Source: Planctomycetota bacterium
Lineage (GTDB): Bacteria; Planctomycetota; UBA1135; UBA2386
Assembly: GCA_046349595.1 (NCBI GenBank)
Contig: JAXMCA010000001.1
Coordinates: forward strand, 1,186,522 to 1,250,521
Reading direction: 5' to 3'
DNA: 64,000 bases
The translations under genes and the position numbers were made by a program. The notes below the pieces were generated by a model. That model saw only the letters and a list, made by a program, of their open reading frames with translations. It was not told the DNA's origin and did not search any database. Below are positions 1 to 8,687 of the stretch, in pieces (positions within the stretch are counted from its first letter, which is position 1; each line of letters opens with the position of its first letter).

Positions 1-368
1 GCGCCCATCTCGCAGATCAGCGCCAGGAAGTCGCCCTTGCCGCAGCCGATCTCGAGAACCGTCTTCGGCGCGTAGCGCTGCAGGTAGTCGGCGGCGAGTT
101 CGCGGGCGAAGCGGTTGAAGGTCCCCGAGAAGGCCTGGCTCTCCTCGCAGCGTGGCGAGTACTCGTGCACCTCGGGGCGGAACAGCCGGTTCTGGACGAA
201 GCCGCAGGCGTGGCAGACCGCCAGCGTCAGGTCACCGCGCGGATAGCCGATCGCCTCCGCGCGCGTGCGCATCAGCAGCACGCAGTGCGTGGGGATGTCC
301 GCGATCTCGTAGAAGTCGTGGACGTCGTGCGAACCGCACGCGAAGCAGGGCTGGTCAACTCGCGTCAT
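1..368 (-). CDS. SAM-dependent methyltransferase with Cys-rich N-terminus, 3' end cut by window edge
   Basis: Absent from the ORF track because it runs off the window. My translation from the ATG at 368..366 (minus) gives [32 protein letters not shown]...CHACGFVQN...VLEIGCGKGDF (GxGxG SAM motif). It overlaps the stop of the upstream gene by 14 nt. Confidence 0.6.
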   Translation of the reverse strand, partial: MTRVDQPCFACGSHDVHDFYEIADIPTHCVLLMRTRAEAIGYPRGDLTLAVCHACGFVQNRLFRPEVHEYSPRCEESQAFSGTFNRFARELAADYLQRYAPKTVLEIGCGKGDFLALICEMG

Positions 369-1593
369 GGAGTCCGACGATCCGCGGCTTGGGGATGGGG
401 ATGACGAAGCGTCCCCCGGCTTCCAGGTAGGCGCGTTGCTGGCCGACGATCTCGCGTTCGAGGTTCCAGGGCAGCAGCAGCGTGTAGTCGGGGCGGCGGC
501 GCAGCAACTCGGCGGGGTCGAGGATCTCCACGTCGACACCCGGCAGGAAGCGACCCTGCTTGTGCACGTTGCGGTCGACGCAGAAGTCGATCACGTGGTG
601 GTCGAGTTCGGCGTAGTTGACGAGGATCGCGCCCTTCGCCGCCGCGCCGTACGCCGCGATGCTGTGGCCCTTCGCCTTCAGGCCGAGGACCAGCTCGCGC
701 AGCTCCTCGCGCAGCGCCCGCACCCGTTCACCGAAGTCGGCATAGAACTCGAAGCGGTCGACCCCTGCCGCGCGTTCCTGCGCGAGCATCGCCTCGACCG
801 AGCCGTCCGGCTCGGAACGGTGTCCGGCGTGGTAGCGCAGCGATCCGCCATGGATCGGCAGCTTCACCACGCGATTGAGGTGCAGTCCGTGACTCGAGAA
901 CAGCCGCTGCACGGCCGTGACCGAGAAGTAGCACAGGTGTTCGTGATAGATCGTGTCGAACTCGCAGTGCTCGATCAGATCGCGCACGTAGGGCGCCTCG
1001 ATCGACGTCGTGCCACCTTCGCCGAGCAGTTGCGCGACGCCGGCGACGAAACCGCGGAGGTCGGGGACGTGCGCCATCACGTTGTTCGCGACGATCACGT
1101 CGGCCTTCGGCCCCGCTGCGGCGAGCTCCGCGGCGAGCGTCTTGCCGAAGAAGGCATGACGCGTCGGGATGCCGCGCGCGCGCGCCGCCTCGACCGGCCC
1201 CTTGGCCGGGTCGATGCCGAGCACCGGGATGCCCTTCTGCTTGAAGTACTGCAGCAGATAGCCGTCGTTGCTGGCGATCTCGACCACGAAGCTGTTCTGG
1301 CCGAGTCGGCGATCACGGACCAGCGCCTCGACGTTGGCGGCGCTGTGTCGCAACAGCGAGTCGCTGAACGAGGAGAAGTACGGGTAGTCGTCGCCGAACA
1401 ATTCGGTGGGAGGGACCTCTTCGCTGATCTGCGCCAGCGTGCAGTCCTCGCAGAACGCCACGTCGAGCGGGTAGCGCTTCTCGGGTCGGCCGATCTGGTC
1501 GCGGCGCCGCAGACCGTCGGAGAGCGGCATGCGACCGAGGTCGAGGAAGGGACGCAGGCGGCTGCTCCCGCAACTGCGGCAGCCGTGCGTCAC
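355..1593 (-). CDS. NDP-hexose C-methyltransferase-like protein (TylCIII-type: Zn-binding N-domain, SAM domain, C-methyltransferase C-domain)
   Basis: This is the C-terminal 412 aa of track ORF 355..2286. It starts [27 protein letters not shown] and contains [12 protein letters not shown] and [12 protein letters not shown]. Its GTG start overlaps the TGA of the upstream gene (GTGA). The upstream part of the ORF is Arg/Pro junk. Confidence 0.8.
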   Translation of the reverse strand: MTHGCRSCGSSRLRPFLDLGRMPLSDGLRRRDQIGRPEKRYPLDVAFCEDCTLAQISEEVPPTELFGDDYPYFSSFSDSLLRHSAANVEALVRDRRLGQNSFVVEIASNDGYLLQYFKQKGIPVLGIDPAKGPVEAARARGIPTRHAFFGKTLAAELAAAGPKADVIVANNVMAHVPDLRGFVAGVAQLLGEGGTTSIEAPYVRDLIEHCEFDTIYHEHLCYFSVTAVQRLFSSHGLHLNRVVKLPIHGGSLRYHAGHRSEPDGSVEAMLAQERAAGVDRFEFYADFGERVRALREELRELVLGLKAKGHSIAAYGAAAKGAILVNYAELDHHVIDFCVDRNVHKQGRFLPGVDVEILDPAELLRRRPDYTLLLPWNLEREIVGQQRAYLEAGGRFVIPIPKPRIVGLHDAS

Positions 1594-2636
1594 GTTCCGC
1601 CACCCTTCAGGTCGAGACGGCGCAGGTCCGCACCGAGCTGTCCGCGCTTCTGCGCCGAGAGCACGTGCTTGATGCGGAACCAGCGGTCGCCGAGGAAGGT
1701 CTCGGCGTCGAGGTTCATGCGGCGATAGGCATCGCGCAGCTCCACGATGCCCTGCCGCACGGTCCACTCCGCGCGATAGCCGAGCACGTCGCGGATCTTG
1801 TCGCAGTTGACGTTGTAGTTGCGCACGTCGGGGCTCGCGCCGGCTTCGAAGGCGACCGTGCTGCCGGGGACCTCGGCGGCGACCAGCTCGGCGACGTCGC
1901 GGATGCGGTAGTTCTCGGCGGTGGCGCCGACGTTGAAGGCCTCGTCGTGGACCTTCGCGCGCGGGGCCTCGATCGCAGCGAGGTAGGCGCGCGCGATGTC
2001 GGCGACGTGCACGAGCGGACGCCAGGACGTGCCCATGCTCTTGAGCAGCACACGTCCGGTGGTGCAGGCGTAGCCGGTCAGGTTGTTGACCACGAGGTCG
2101 CCACGCAGGCGTGGCGAGACGCCGTATGCGGTCGAGGCGCGGAGATAGGTCGGCGAGAAGGAGTCGTCGGCGAGGGCGTGCAGATCCTGCTCGACGCGCA
2201 CCTTGGAGATGCCGTAGGGCGTGACCGGGTTGAAGGGCGAGTCCTCGTACAGCACGTCGTCGCCCGCCGCACCGTAGTTGCTGCACGACGACGCGAACAC
2301 GAAACGCGGCACGCCGGCGGCCTTCGCGAGCTTCGCCAACCGCACCGAGGCGAGGTGATTGATGTCGTAGGTGATCTGCGGCGCCAGATCGCCGAGGGGA
2401 TCGTTCGAGATGCCGGCGAGGTGGAGCACCGCGTCGAAGCCGCGCAGGAAGTCGCCCTGCGCGTCGCGCACGTCCATCACGCGCGTCGGGCAGGCCGAGC
2501 GGTCGTCCTGCACCGGGAAGGCGCAGGCGTGGAACATCTGGTTGTCGAGCCCGACCACCTCGTGGCCTCGCGCGCGGGCCATCGGCACGAGCACGCAGCC
2601 GATGTAGCCGTCGTTGCCGGTGATGAGCAGCTTCAT
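1590..2636 (-). CDS. NAD-dependent epimerase/dehydratase (extended SDR)
   Basis: [16 protein letters not shown] is a Rossmann GxxGxxG motif and YGISK is the YxxxK catalytic motif. The ATG overlaps the rfbF stop (ATGA). The longer ORF start at 2810 lies inside rfbF. Confidence 0.85.
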   Translation of the reverse strand: MKLLITGNDGYIGCVLVPMARARGHEVVGLDNQMFHACAFPVQDDRSACPTRVMDVRDAQGDFLRGFDAVLHLAGISNDPLGDLAPQITYDINHLASVRLAKLAKAAGVPRFVFASSCSNYGAAGDDVLYEDSPFNPVTPYGISKVRVEQDLHALADDSFSPTYLRASTAYGVSPRLRGDLVVNNLTGYACTTGRVLLKSMGTSWRPLVHVADIARAYLAAIEAPRAKVHDEAFNVGATAENYRIRDVAELVAAEVPGSTVAFEAGASPDVRNYNVNCDKIRDVLGYRAEWTVRQGIVELRDAYRRMNLDAETFLGDRWFRIKHVLSAQKRGQLGADLRRLDLKGGGT

Positions 2637-3424
2637 GCCTTTCGTGCGTCCTTCTGCGTGCGGCGCAACCAGGGGGCGTCGCCCGACTCCCACAGCTTCT
2701 CGAGGATCTTCTTCTCGCGCAGCGTGTCCATGCACTGCCAGAAGCCGTGGTGCTGATAGGCCATGAGCTGGCCGTCGCGCGCGAGATGCTCGAGGGGATC
2801 CGTTTCCCACATCACGTCGTCGCCCTCGATGTAGTCGAAGACCTTCGGCTCGAGGACGAAGAAGGCGCCGTTGATCCAGCCTTCACCGAGCTGCGGCTTC
2901 TCCGTGAAGGACTCGACCTTGCCGTCGACGATCGACAGGTGCCCGTAGCGCGCCGGAGGCCGCACCGCCGTGATGGTGGCGAGCTTGCCGTGGCTGCGGT
3001 GGAAGGCGAGCAGGCGGTCGAGGTCGATGTCGGAGACGCCGTCGCCCCAGGTCACCATGAAGGTGCTGTCGCCGAGGTACGGGGCGAGGCGCTTGATCCG
3101 GCCGCCGGTCAGGGTCTGCGCGCCGGTCTCGACCAGATCGATCTGCCAGGGCCGGGTGCGACGACTGTGGTTGCGGACGGTGCCCTGGCCGAGGTCGACC
3201 GACACGCTGCCGGAGAGTTGGCAGAGGTCGGCGAAGTAGCGCTTGATGTAGTCGCCCTTGTAGCCGAGCGCGACCGCGAACTCGGTGAAGCCGAAGGCCG
3301 CGTAGATCTCCATGATGTGGACCAGGATCGGCGTGCCGCCGATCTCCACCATGGGCTTGGGGCGGATCTCTGTCTCTTCGGCGAGCCGGGAGCCGAAGCC
3401 GCCGGCGAGGATTCCGACTTTCAT
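2633..3424 (-). CDS. rfbF: glucose-1-phosphate cytidylyltransferase
   Basis: [45 protein letters not shown] and a length of 263 aa are typical of RfbF. Confidence 0.9.
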   Translation of the reverse strand: MKVGILAGGFGSRLAEETEIRPKPMVEIGGTPILVHIMEIYAAFGFTEFAVALGYKGDYIKRYFADLCQLSGSVSVDLGQGTVRNHSRRTRPWQIDLVETGAQTLTGGRIKRLAPYLGDSTFMVTWGDGVSDIDLDRLLAFHRSHGKLATITAVRPPARYGHLSIVDGKVESFTEKPQLGEGWINGAFFVLEPKVFDYIEGDDVMWETDPLEHLARDGQLMAYQHHGFWQCMDTLREKKILEKLWESGDAPWLRRTQKDARKA

Positions 3425-3763
3425 GGGGCGGGCTCCAGCAGGGGGTCAGGATTCGAGGTGGGACGGAGTTTCATACCGTGGCCGTATCCCGGGATGCTAG
3501 ACGGCACCGGGGCACCCGCCGAGGGTGCGGGTGAGGCACGGGGTGGCCGGGTGATCCCGTCGTCGCCCCTGGCACCGCGCGCCGTGCACATGCGAGGGTT
3601 CGTCGCGGTCGAGCGGTTTGCAGGATTCGAATCCCGTGCAGTACCTGCTTCGACCTCGAAGTGTTCGGCCGGATCCGACATGCGCCTCCAAGGCGGATTC
3701 GAAGGGGCTTCGCGGGAGGGAGCAGCCCACACCTTCGACGCGATCGGCGTTGCTCCGCAGCGG

Positions 3764-4198
3764 TCAGTGGTCCCGGGACGTCGCGTCGTTCGACGACGCT
3801 CGCCTGCGGGCGTCTGCGCCGGTCGCGGGATGCGGCCGACGCGATGCGCGGAACAGTTCGGCAGGGACCACACCGCGCAGCGAATCGGCGAGTTCTGCGC
3901 GCGCGCGATCGATCTCGCGCGATTTCCATCGGAGCAACTCGCCGACCACCTCGCCGAACGACGTGAGGTAGGAGACGAACTGCTGTGCGGTCAGGACGCC
4001 GAGTTGCCTCAACACGCGATCGAGGGCGAGCGGCACGCGAAGGCCATCCTCGCTGATGCGGACACCGAAATGCCCGGGCCGGAGCTCGAGCGCCGGGTCC
4101 TCGACGAGTGGTAGGTCCTCCATTTCCACGACTGGATCGGCACCGTTGGGCAACTCCCTTGAGCCCATGCCATGGGCGTGCCTGGTGACTTGCTCCAC
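3764..4198 (-). CDS. hypothetical small protein with HhH-like motif (LRQLGVLTAQQFVSYLTS), downstream of the C1 peptidase
   Basis: Strong G/C third-position bias. It starts 37 nt after the peptidase stop on the same strand. The start is uncertain (GTG at 4198, or an internal ATG at MEDLP). Confidence 0.45.
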   Translation of the reverse strand: MEQVTRHAHGMGSRELPNGADPVVEMEDLPLVEDPALELRPGHFGVRISEDGLRVPLALDRVLRQLGVLTAQQFVSYLTSFGEVVGELLRWKSREIDRARAELADSLRGVVPAELFRASRRPHPATGADARRRASSNDATSRDH

Positions 4199-4235
4199 TT
4201 TCTAGGTGCGGCTGTCCCGCCGCAACCGGAAGGGT

Positions 4236-5033
4236 TCAGCGAATCTCCGCCAACTCGATCAGCCAGCGATCCACGAAGGAGGCCGAAACGCGTCCGTAGC
4301 CAGGGATCTGCTGCGGATATGCCGGATCGGGCAGATCCCATGCCCAGCGGGGACCCCAGGAGTTCCGGAACACGAAGTAGCCGCCGCAGGGTTCGACCGG
4401 ATCGGCGACGAACCCGGTCACGCAGACCGCGTGCGCCGACCGCACCACGGCCGGCATCCTCGAGGGGGGTGGGTCGGTCACATGTCCCTTCTTCAGGGAC
4501 AAGGGGGTGGTCCAGTTGCTGACGGCGCGGCTCCTGCTTCCGAGTTGGACCACCGGCAACGAGACGACGGCGAGGCCACCACCCGCCAGGATCGACCAGA
4601 CCTGCTGCGCTGCCGTGGTGTAGGGGTGGATCCGGTGCTGCCTACGAAACGCGAGAGCATCCCTTTGCGCCGTCGAGCTGGGTTGGGGCGGAGGCGGTGA
4701 CGTCGTGGCATGGGTCACATTGCCACGGATCACGCGGCCGTCGTAGATCCACTTCGGTTCCAGACAGACGCCACGTGTCGCCACGGAATCCACGGCGTAC
4801 TCGATCCGCGTTCCGTCCGAAGCCGGTCGTGGATCGATGCCGCCCGTCTTGGTGGCCCAGAACAGGAACTGCGGCGAGAACTCGAACCCGGATCCACCCG
4901 AGACGCTCTGGTGGGCGGCGGCCATCGCGAAGGCGACGCAGGTGCCGCGCTTACCCTGATCGCGCACGGGCCACGAGGCGAAACGCGAGACGGTCTGCGG
5001 AGTGCTGATCGCATGGGCCGCGGGCAGATTCAC
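4236..5033 (-). CDS. papain-like cysteine peptidase (C1 family), with no signal peptide or prodomain
   Basis: A catalytic triad context is recognisable: RDQGKRGTCVAFA (Gln/Cys), SAHAVCVTGF (His) and FRNSWGPRWAW (Asn-Ser-Trp). The start is GTG. Confidence 0.75.
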   Translation of the reverse strand: MNLPAAHAISTPQTVSRFASWPVRDQGKRGTCVAFAMAAAHQSVSGGSGFEFSPQFLFWATKTGGIDPRPASDGTRIEYAVDSVATRGVCLEPKWIYDGRVIRGNVTHATTSPPPPQPSSTAQRDALAFRRQHRIHPYTTAAQQVWSILAGGGLAVVSLPVVQLGSRSRAVSNWTTPLSLKKGHVTDPPPSRMPAVVRSAHAVCVTGFVADPVEPCGGYFVFRNSWGPRWAWDLPDPAYPQQIPGYGRVSASFVDRWLIELAEIR

Positions 5034-5078
5034 GATCTGCGCATTGGAGATCGACGGCAGCTGGATCCGTTGGAGGCG

Positions 5079-5456
5079 CTACCTGGGCGAAGGGCTGCCC
5101 GCGACGCCGGAGGGCGCAGCGCGGAGCAGAGCGGCGCCGATGATCGGAGTCCGATAGGGGTCGGCCCCGAGACCCGGATGTCGCGCGGGCGGATCGAATC
5201 CGTCTCCTATCCCTGCCATCGCGAGCACCTCCGGATCGTGGCGCACGGCATCCCGGACCAGACGTGGCGCATCGATCATCTCCGCGAGTTCCTCCGCACT
5301 GGTCAGCAGCGAGACGAGCTCGGTCGCGTTGTGTACTCCGCAGGCGTCGAGCAGCGCGACCTCGAAGCTGCTCAGTCGGAGTCGGCTCCTCAACTCTCTC
5401 AAGAACGCCGACCCCTGGGGTGCGGAGTCGGATTCGAATTCCATTCCCTCTTCCAC
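5079..5456 (-). CDS. hypothetical small acidic protein with HhH-like motif (LLDACGVHNATELVSLLTS), upstream of the C1 peptidase
   Basis: The GTG start is preceded by GGAGGA with a 7-nt spacer. Coding-type codon bias. The motif resembles that of ORF 3764..4198. Confidence 0.5.
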   Translation of the reverse strand: MEEGMEFESDSAPQGSAFLRELRSRLRLSSFEVALLDACGVHNATELVSLLTSAEELAEMIDAPRLVRDAVRHDPEVLAMAGIGDGFDPPARHPGLGADPYRTPIIGAALLRAAPSGVAGSPSPR

Positions 5457-5699
5457 GCGGTCGTCCTCCTCTTGGACGTGGCTTGCGCGGGGATGCTAGG
5501 CGTCAACGCCGCGGGACGCTAGGCCGCCCAGCACGCACCCCGCGTCCCGGAGCTCACCGACTCGCCGGTTCCGGTGTGTCCACCTGCAGCAGGCGGTTCA
5601 TGCGCCGTCGACCGGAGCGCCCGACCGGCTGGTGCTCGAGGTGGAGGATTCATCTGCGATTCGACTCGAGTGGCGGGGTGAAGTAGGAATGGGCGAAGC

Positions 5700-6149
5700 A
5701 TGGCCACCTACCTCGCGAAGATCACCACCGACATGAAGGCCGCGATGAAGAGCGGCGACAAGCCGCGTCTCGAGGTCCTGCGCATGCTGATCAGCGAGCT
5801 CAAGCGCAAGGCGATCGACCAGCAGGTCGACGACCTGCCCGACGACGAGGAGGTCGCCGTGCTGCAGAAGGCGGTCAAGTCGCGCGCCGACACCGTCGCG
5901 CAGGCGCAGGCCGCGGGACGCACCGAGATCGCGCAGAAGGAACAGCACGAGATCGAGGTGATCACCGGCTACCTGCCCAAGCAGATGTCTGCCGACGAAG
6001 TCCTCGCCAAGGTCCGCGCGCTCGCGTCCGAGATCGGCTACGCCGGCGGCAAGGACACCGGCCGCTTCATGAAGGAATGGATGGCGCGTCACAAGGGACT
6101 CGCCGACGGCAAGGCGGTGCAGGACGCCCTGCGGTCCCTGGGCGGTTGA
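5700..6149 (+). CDS. yqeY: GatB/YqeY domain-containing protein
   Basis: ITTDMKAAMKSGDKPRLEVLRMLISELKRKAID...VITGYLPKQMS is a typical YqeY sequence, and the length is 149 aa. Confidence 0.9.
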   Translation: MATYLAKITTDMKAAMKSGDKPRLEVLRMLISELKRKAIDQQVDDLPDDEEVAVLQKAVKSRADTVAQAQAAGRTEIAQKEQHEIEVITGYLPKQMSADEVLAKVRALASEIGYAGGKDTGRFMKEWMARHKGLADGKAVQDALRSLGG

Positions 6150-6179
6150 TCCCGACCCGCCGTGCCGCTGCGCGGGGAC

Positions 6180-8471
6180 TCAGCGCAGTCCCATGCGGAG
6201 CGCGAGTCCCGCGCTCAGTGCGAGACCGAAGGGATTCGCCGCCGGATCGAGCGCGACACCCTGCGCGAAGAGTTCCGCCCCGGCGAGCGACGCGCTCGCG
6301 GGCAGGAAGACGGACCACGCGCGCGTCGTGGCGCCCAGCGGCGGCGTGAGCAGGAGGATCGGTTCGGCGAGGACCGTGCATCCCGGCGCACCCGCGGCGT
6401 CGAGCGCGAAGGGCAGTCCGACGCTTCCCCAGCGACGATCGGAAGCACCGACGAAGACCGCAGCCGCGGCGAGGTTCGGCACCGGAGTGATCTCGCCGTG
6501 GAGCGTGTCGCCGAGCCATGGGCGATCCGCGACCGTGAGTGCGAGCGGACCGAGACTCGTCGCGCAGGCGACGCCGTAGGCGGTGACTCGCGCCGGCTGC
6601 GGAGTCCTCCAGACCCACAGACCGCGATCGAACCACGCGAGCACCTGCTCCGAGAGCGGGTCGTGGATCATGCGGAGCGTGAGCGGGCCGACGCTGCCCG
6701 AGCGCGGGTCACCGAGCGCCATCCGCGTCCAGGTCGTGCCGTCCCACTCGAGAGTTTCGCGGTCGAGGGAACTCGAGTTCGATCGTCCCGCCAGCACGAG
6801 GCGCGCGCGCACGACGTCGTCGCACAGCGATTGTTCGAACAGCGGTGCGCCGGTCGGTGCGATGCCCGGCGTCCAGTCGACGCCGTCGAACTCCCACAGA
6901 TCGCCGAGGGTCCCATTGCCGTTGCCGCCGTAGAGCACCATGCGACCGCGCCGCGCGTCGAAGGTCAGCGCCGCATCGCGACGCGGCGACGGCGCGTGCG
7001 CGGTGACGATGTGCGTCCATCGGCTGCCGTCCCACTCCCAGGTGTCGTCGAGAGGCACGGAGCCGCCGAAGGGTCCGGCGCCGTAGCCGCCGAACAGCAC
7101 GAGCACGCCACGCGACGGATCCGCCGCGAGACTGCCGCCATAGCGCGGTGTCGGACGTACCGCAGGTTGCAGGTCGGTCCAGGTCGAGCCGTCCCACGAC
7201 CAGGTCTCGTTGCCGTAGAGCGACGCGGTCGTGCTGCCCAGGGCGATGGCGCGCTGGCTCGCTGCGTGCCACGCGAGTACGACGAAGCGGGTGATGCCGA
7301 GGGAGGACGGCCCCGCGAGTTCCTGGAAGCGATGGCCGTCCGAAGTCCAGGTGCGGAAGCCGCTGCCAGGGACACCGACCGATTCCAAGCCGAGCATCAC
7401 CGCGCGCGCACCGTCCCAGGTCACCGCTTCGAAGGACTGCGGTGCGCCGGCGCCGGGGCGACGCCACTGGTCGGTAACGTCGCGCAGCCAGGTGGCGTCG
7501 GCGGGTTCGATCAACCAGTCGCCGCCGAACACCACGAGTTCACGGCGCAGGGTGTCGAACGCGGCTCCGAGTCCGATCGCCGGAGACGGCAGCGATCCGC
7601 GCGGCGCCCAGTCGGTCCCGGTCCACTCGAGGATCGCCGGGTAGGGCGTCGGATAGGGCGAGAGAGGGTCGGGGCCCCCGTAGCCGATGTCGCTGCCGCC
7701 GAGGATCTGCAGGTGATTCCGCATCGGGTCGAAGACCAGGGTCGCCGCGGAACGTCCGCCGGGGGTCACGCTGGGGATGCGACGGGTCCAGCGCGTGGCG
7801 CCGGCGGAGAGCGTCCAGGTCTCGTCGAAGGACCAGGGCATCGGGTTGGGATAGCCGACGACCGCGTGCCCACCGCACAGCACGAGGTCGTAGCTGACGG
7901 GATCGGCTCCGAGCGCGGGTGCGATCCGGCCCTCGCTGAGCCCGGGAAGTCGCGACCAGGAGGTCCCATCCCACGCCCAGATGTCCGCGAGCGCGGTGCC
8001 CCAGGGCGAGTTCGCGGTCGACGTTCCGCAGGCCAGGACCACCGCGCTGCGCGTCGCGTCCCAGGTCATCGGGAACAGGCAGCGCGCACTCGGACCGCTC
8101 TGTGTGGTGAGCTGCCAGCTCGTGCCGTCGAACAACCAGGTGTCGTGGAACACCTGCGTGTGCGCGAGATCGCGACCCCCGAACAACACCAGCCGATCGC
8201 GCAGGGGATCGAAGGCGAGTCCGTGGGCTTCGCGCGGCGAGGGACCGCCGGTGGCGATCAGCTGCCAGCGCTGCCCGTCCCAGGCCGAGGTCTCGAGCAC
8301 GCCGTCTCGCGCAGCGACCGACCATGCCAAGCCATGGTTTGCATCCCACGCCAGGGGACCCGACACGAAGCGCGCAGCCACCACCTCACTCCACGTCGCC
8401 TGCGCGACGAGTTCCCATTCCAGGGACAGGAGCACCAGCGCGACCGACACGATCGAGGGAGCACGGGCCAT
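6180..8471 (-). CDS. secreted Kelch-repeat beta-propeller protein with C-terminal G-x-x-C module
   Basis: MARAPSIVSVALVLLSL looks like a signal peptide. There are more than 10 repeats of the type DTWEWDGSRWT, DLWEFDGVDWT and ETWSWDGSTWT. A GGAGG lies upstream of the ATG. The longer ORF (to 9422) is antisense to the ATPase gene. Confidence 0.8.
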   Translation of the reverse strand: MARAPSIVSVALVLLSLEWELVAQATWSEVVAARFVSGPLAWDANHGLAWSVAARDGVLETSAWDGQRWQLIATGGPSPREAHGLAFDPLRDRLVLFGGRDLAHTQVFHDTWLFDGTSWQLTTQSGPSARCLFPMTWDATRSAVVLACGTSTANSPWGTALADIWAWDGTSWSRLPGLSEGRIAPALGADPVSYDLVLCGGHAVVGYPNPMPWSFDETWTLSAGATRWTRRIPSVTPGGRSAATLVFDPMRNHLQILGGSDIGYGGPDPLSPYPTPYPAILEWTGTDWAPRGSLPSPAIGLGAAFDTLRRELVVFGGDWLIEPADATWLRDVTDQWRRPGAGAPQSFEAVTWDGARAVMLGLESVGVPGSGFRTWTSDGHRFQELAGPSSLGITRFVVLAWHAASQRAIALGSTTASLYGNETWSWDGSTWTDLQPAVRPTPRYGGSLAADPSRGVLVLFGGYGAGPFGGSVPLDDTWEWDGSRWTHIVTAHAPSPRRDAALTFDARRGRMVLYGGNGNGTLGDLWEFDGVDWTPGIAPTGAPLFEQSLCDDVVRARLVLAGRSNSSSLDRETLEWDGTTWTRMALGDPRSGSVGPLTLRMIHDPLSEQVLAWFDRGLWVWRTPQPARVTAYGVACATSLGPLALTVADRPWLGDTLHGEITPVPNLAAAAVFVGASDRRWGSVGLPFALDAAGAPGCTVLAEPILLLTPPLGATTRAWSVFLPASASLAGAELFAQGVALDPAANPFGLALSAGLALRMGLR

Positions 8472-8687
8472 CTCGAAACCTCCGGATCGCGCATTGTACA
8501 GCGGCGATGCCTTGCTTCCGGGACGCTGCAGAAGGCTTCTCCTCGTTCCGAGTTCGACGCCCGAAATGGGACGGAGGTCCCGACCATCGAGTCGTGTGGC
8601 TCGGGCCCCCGCGTGCTGACACTGCGTGTGGTTCGGGAGCCTCCGACCCCTGGAGCGCGCGGTCGAGCTCTGAGACGATGCGCTGCC

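Noticed and set aside
355-2810. N-terminal extensions suggested by the ORF track (for example 355..2286 and 1590..2810; similarly 10551..11879, 13473..14945, 43957..45144 and 45247..46368)
   Set aside because: The upstream segments overlap neighbouring genes or are Arg/Pro-rich. Conserved family N-termini, start/stop overlaps (ATGA/GTGA) and SD or -10 signals all support the shorter starts.
3619-3640. T-loop-like TGCAGGATTCGAATCCCGTGCA as a tRNA fragment or att-site relic
   Set aside because: The flanking bases do not form a 5-bp T-stem, and no acceptor or D-arm remnants or integrase gene lie nearby. I treated it as a palindromic motif instead.
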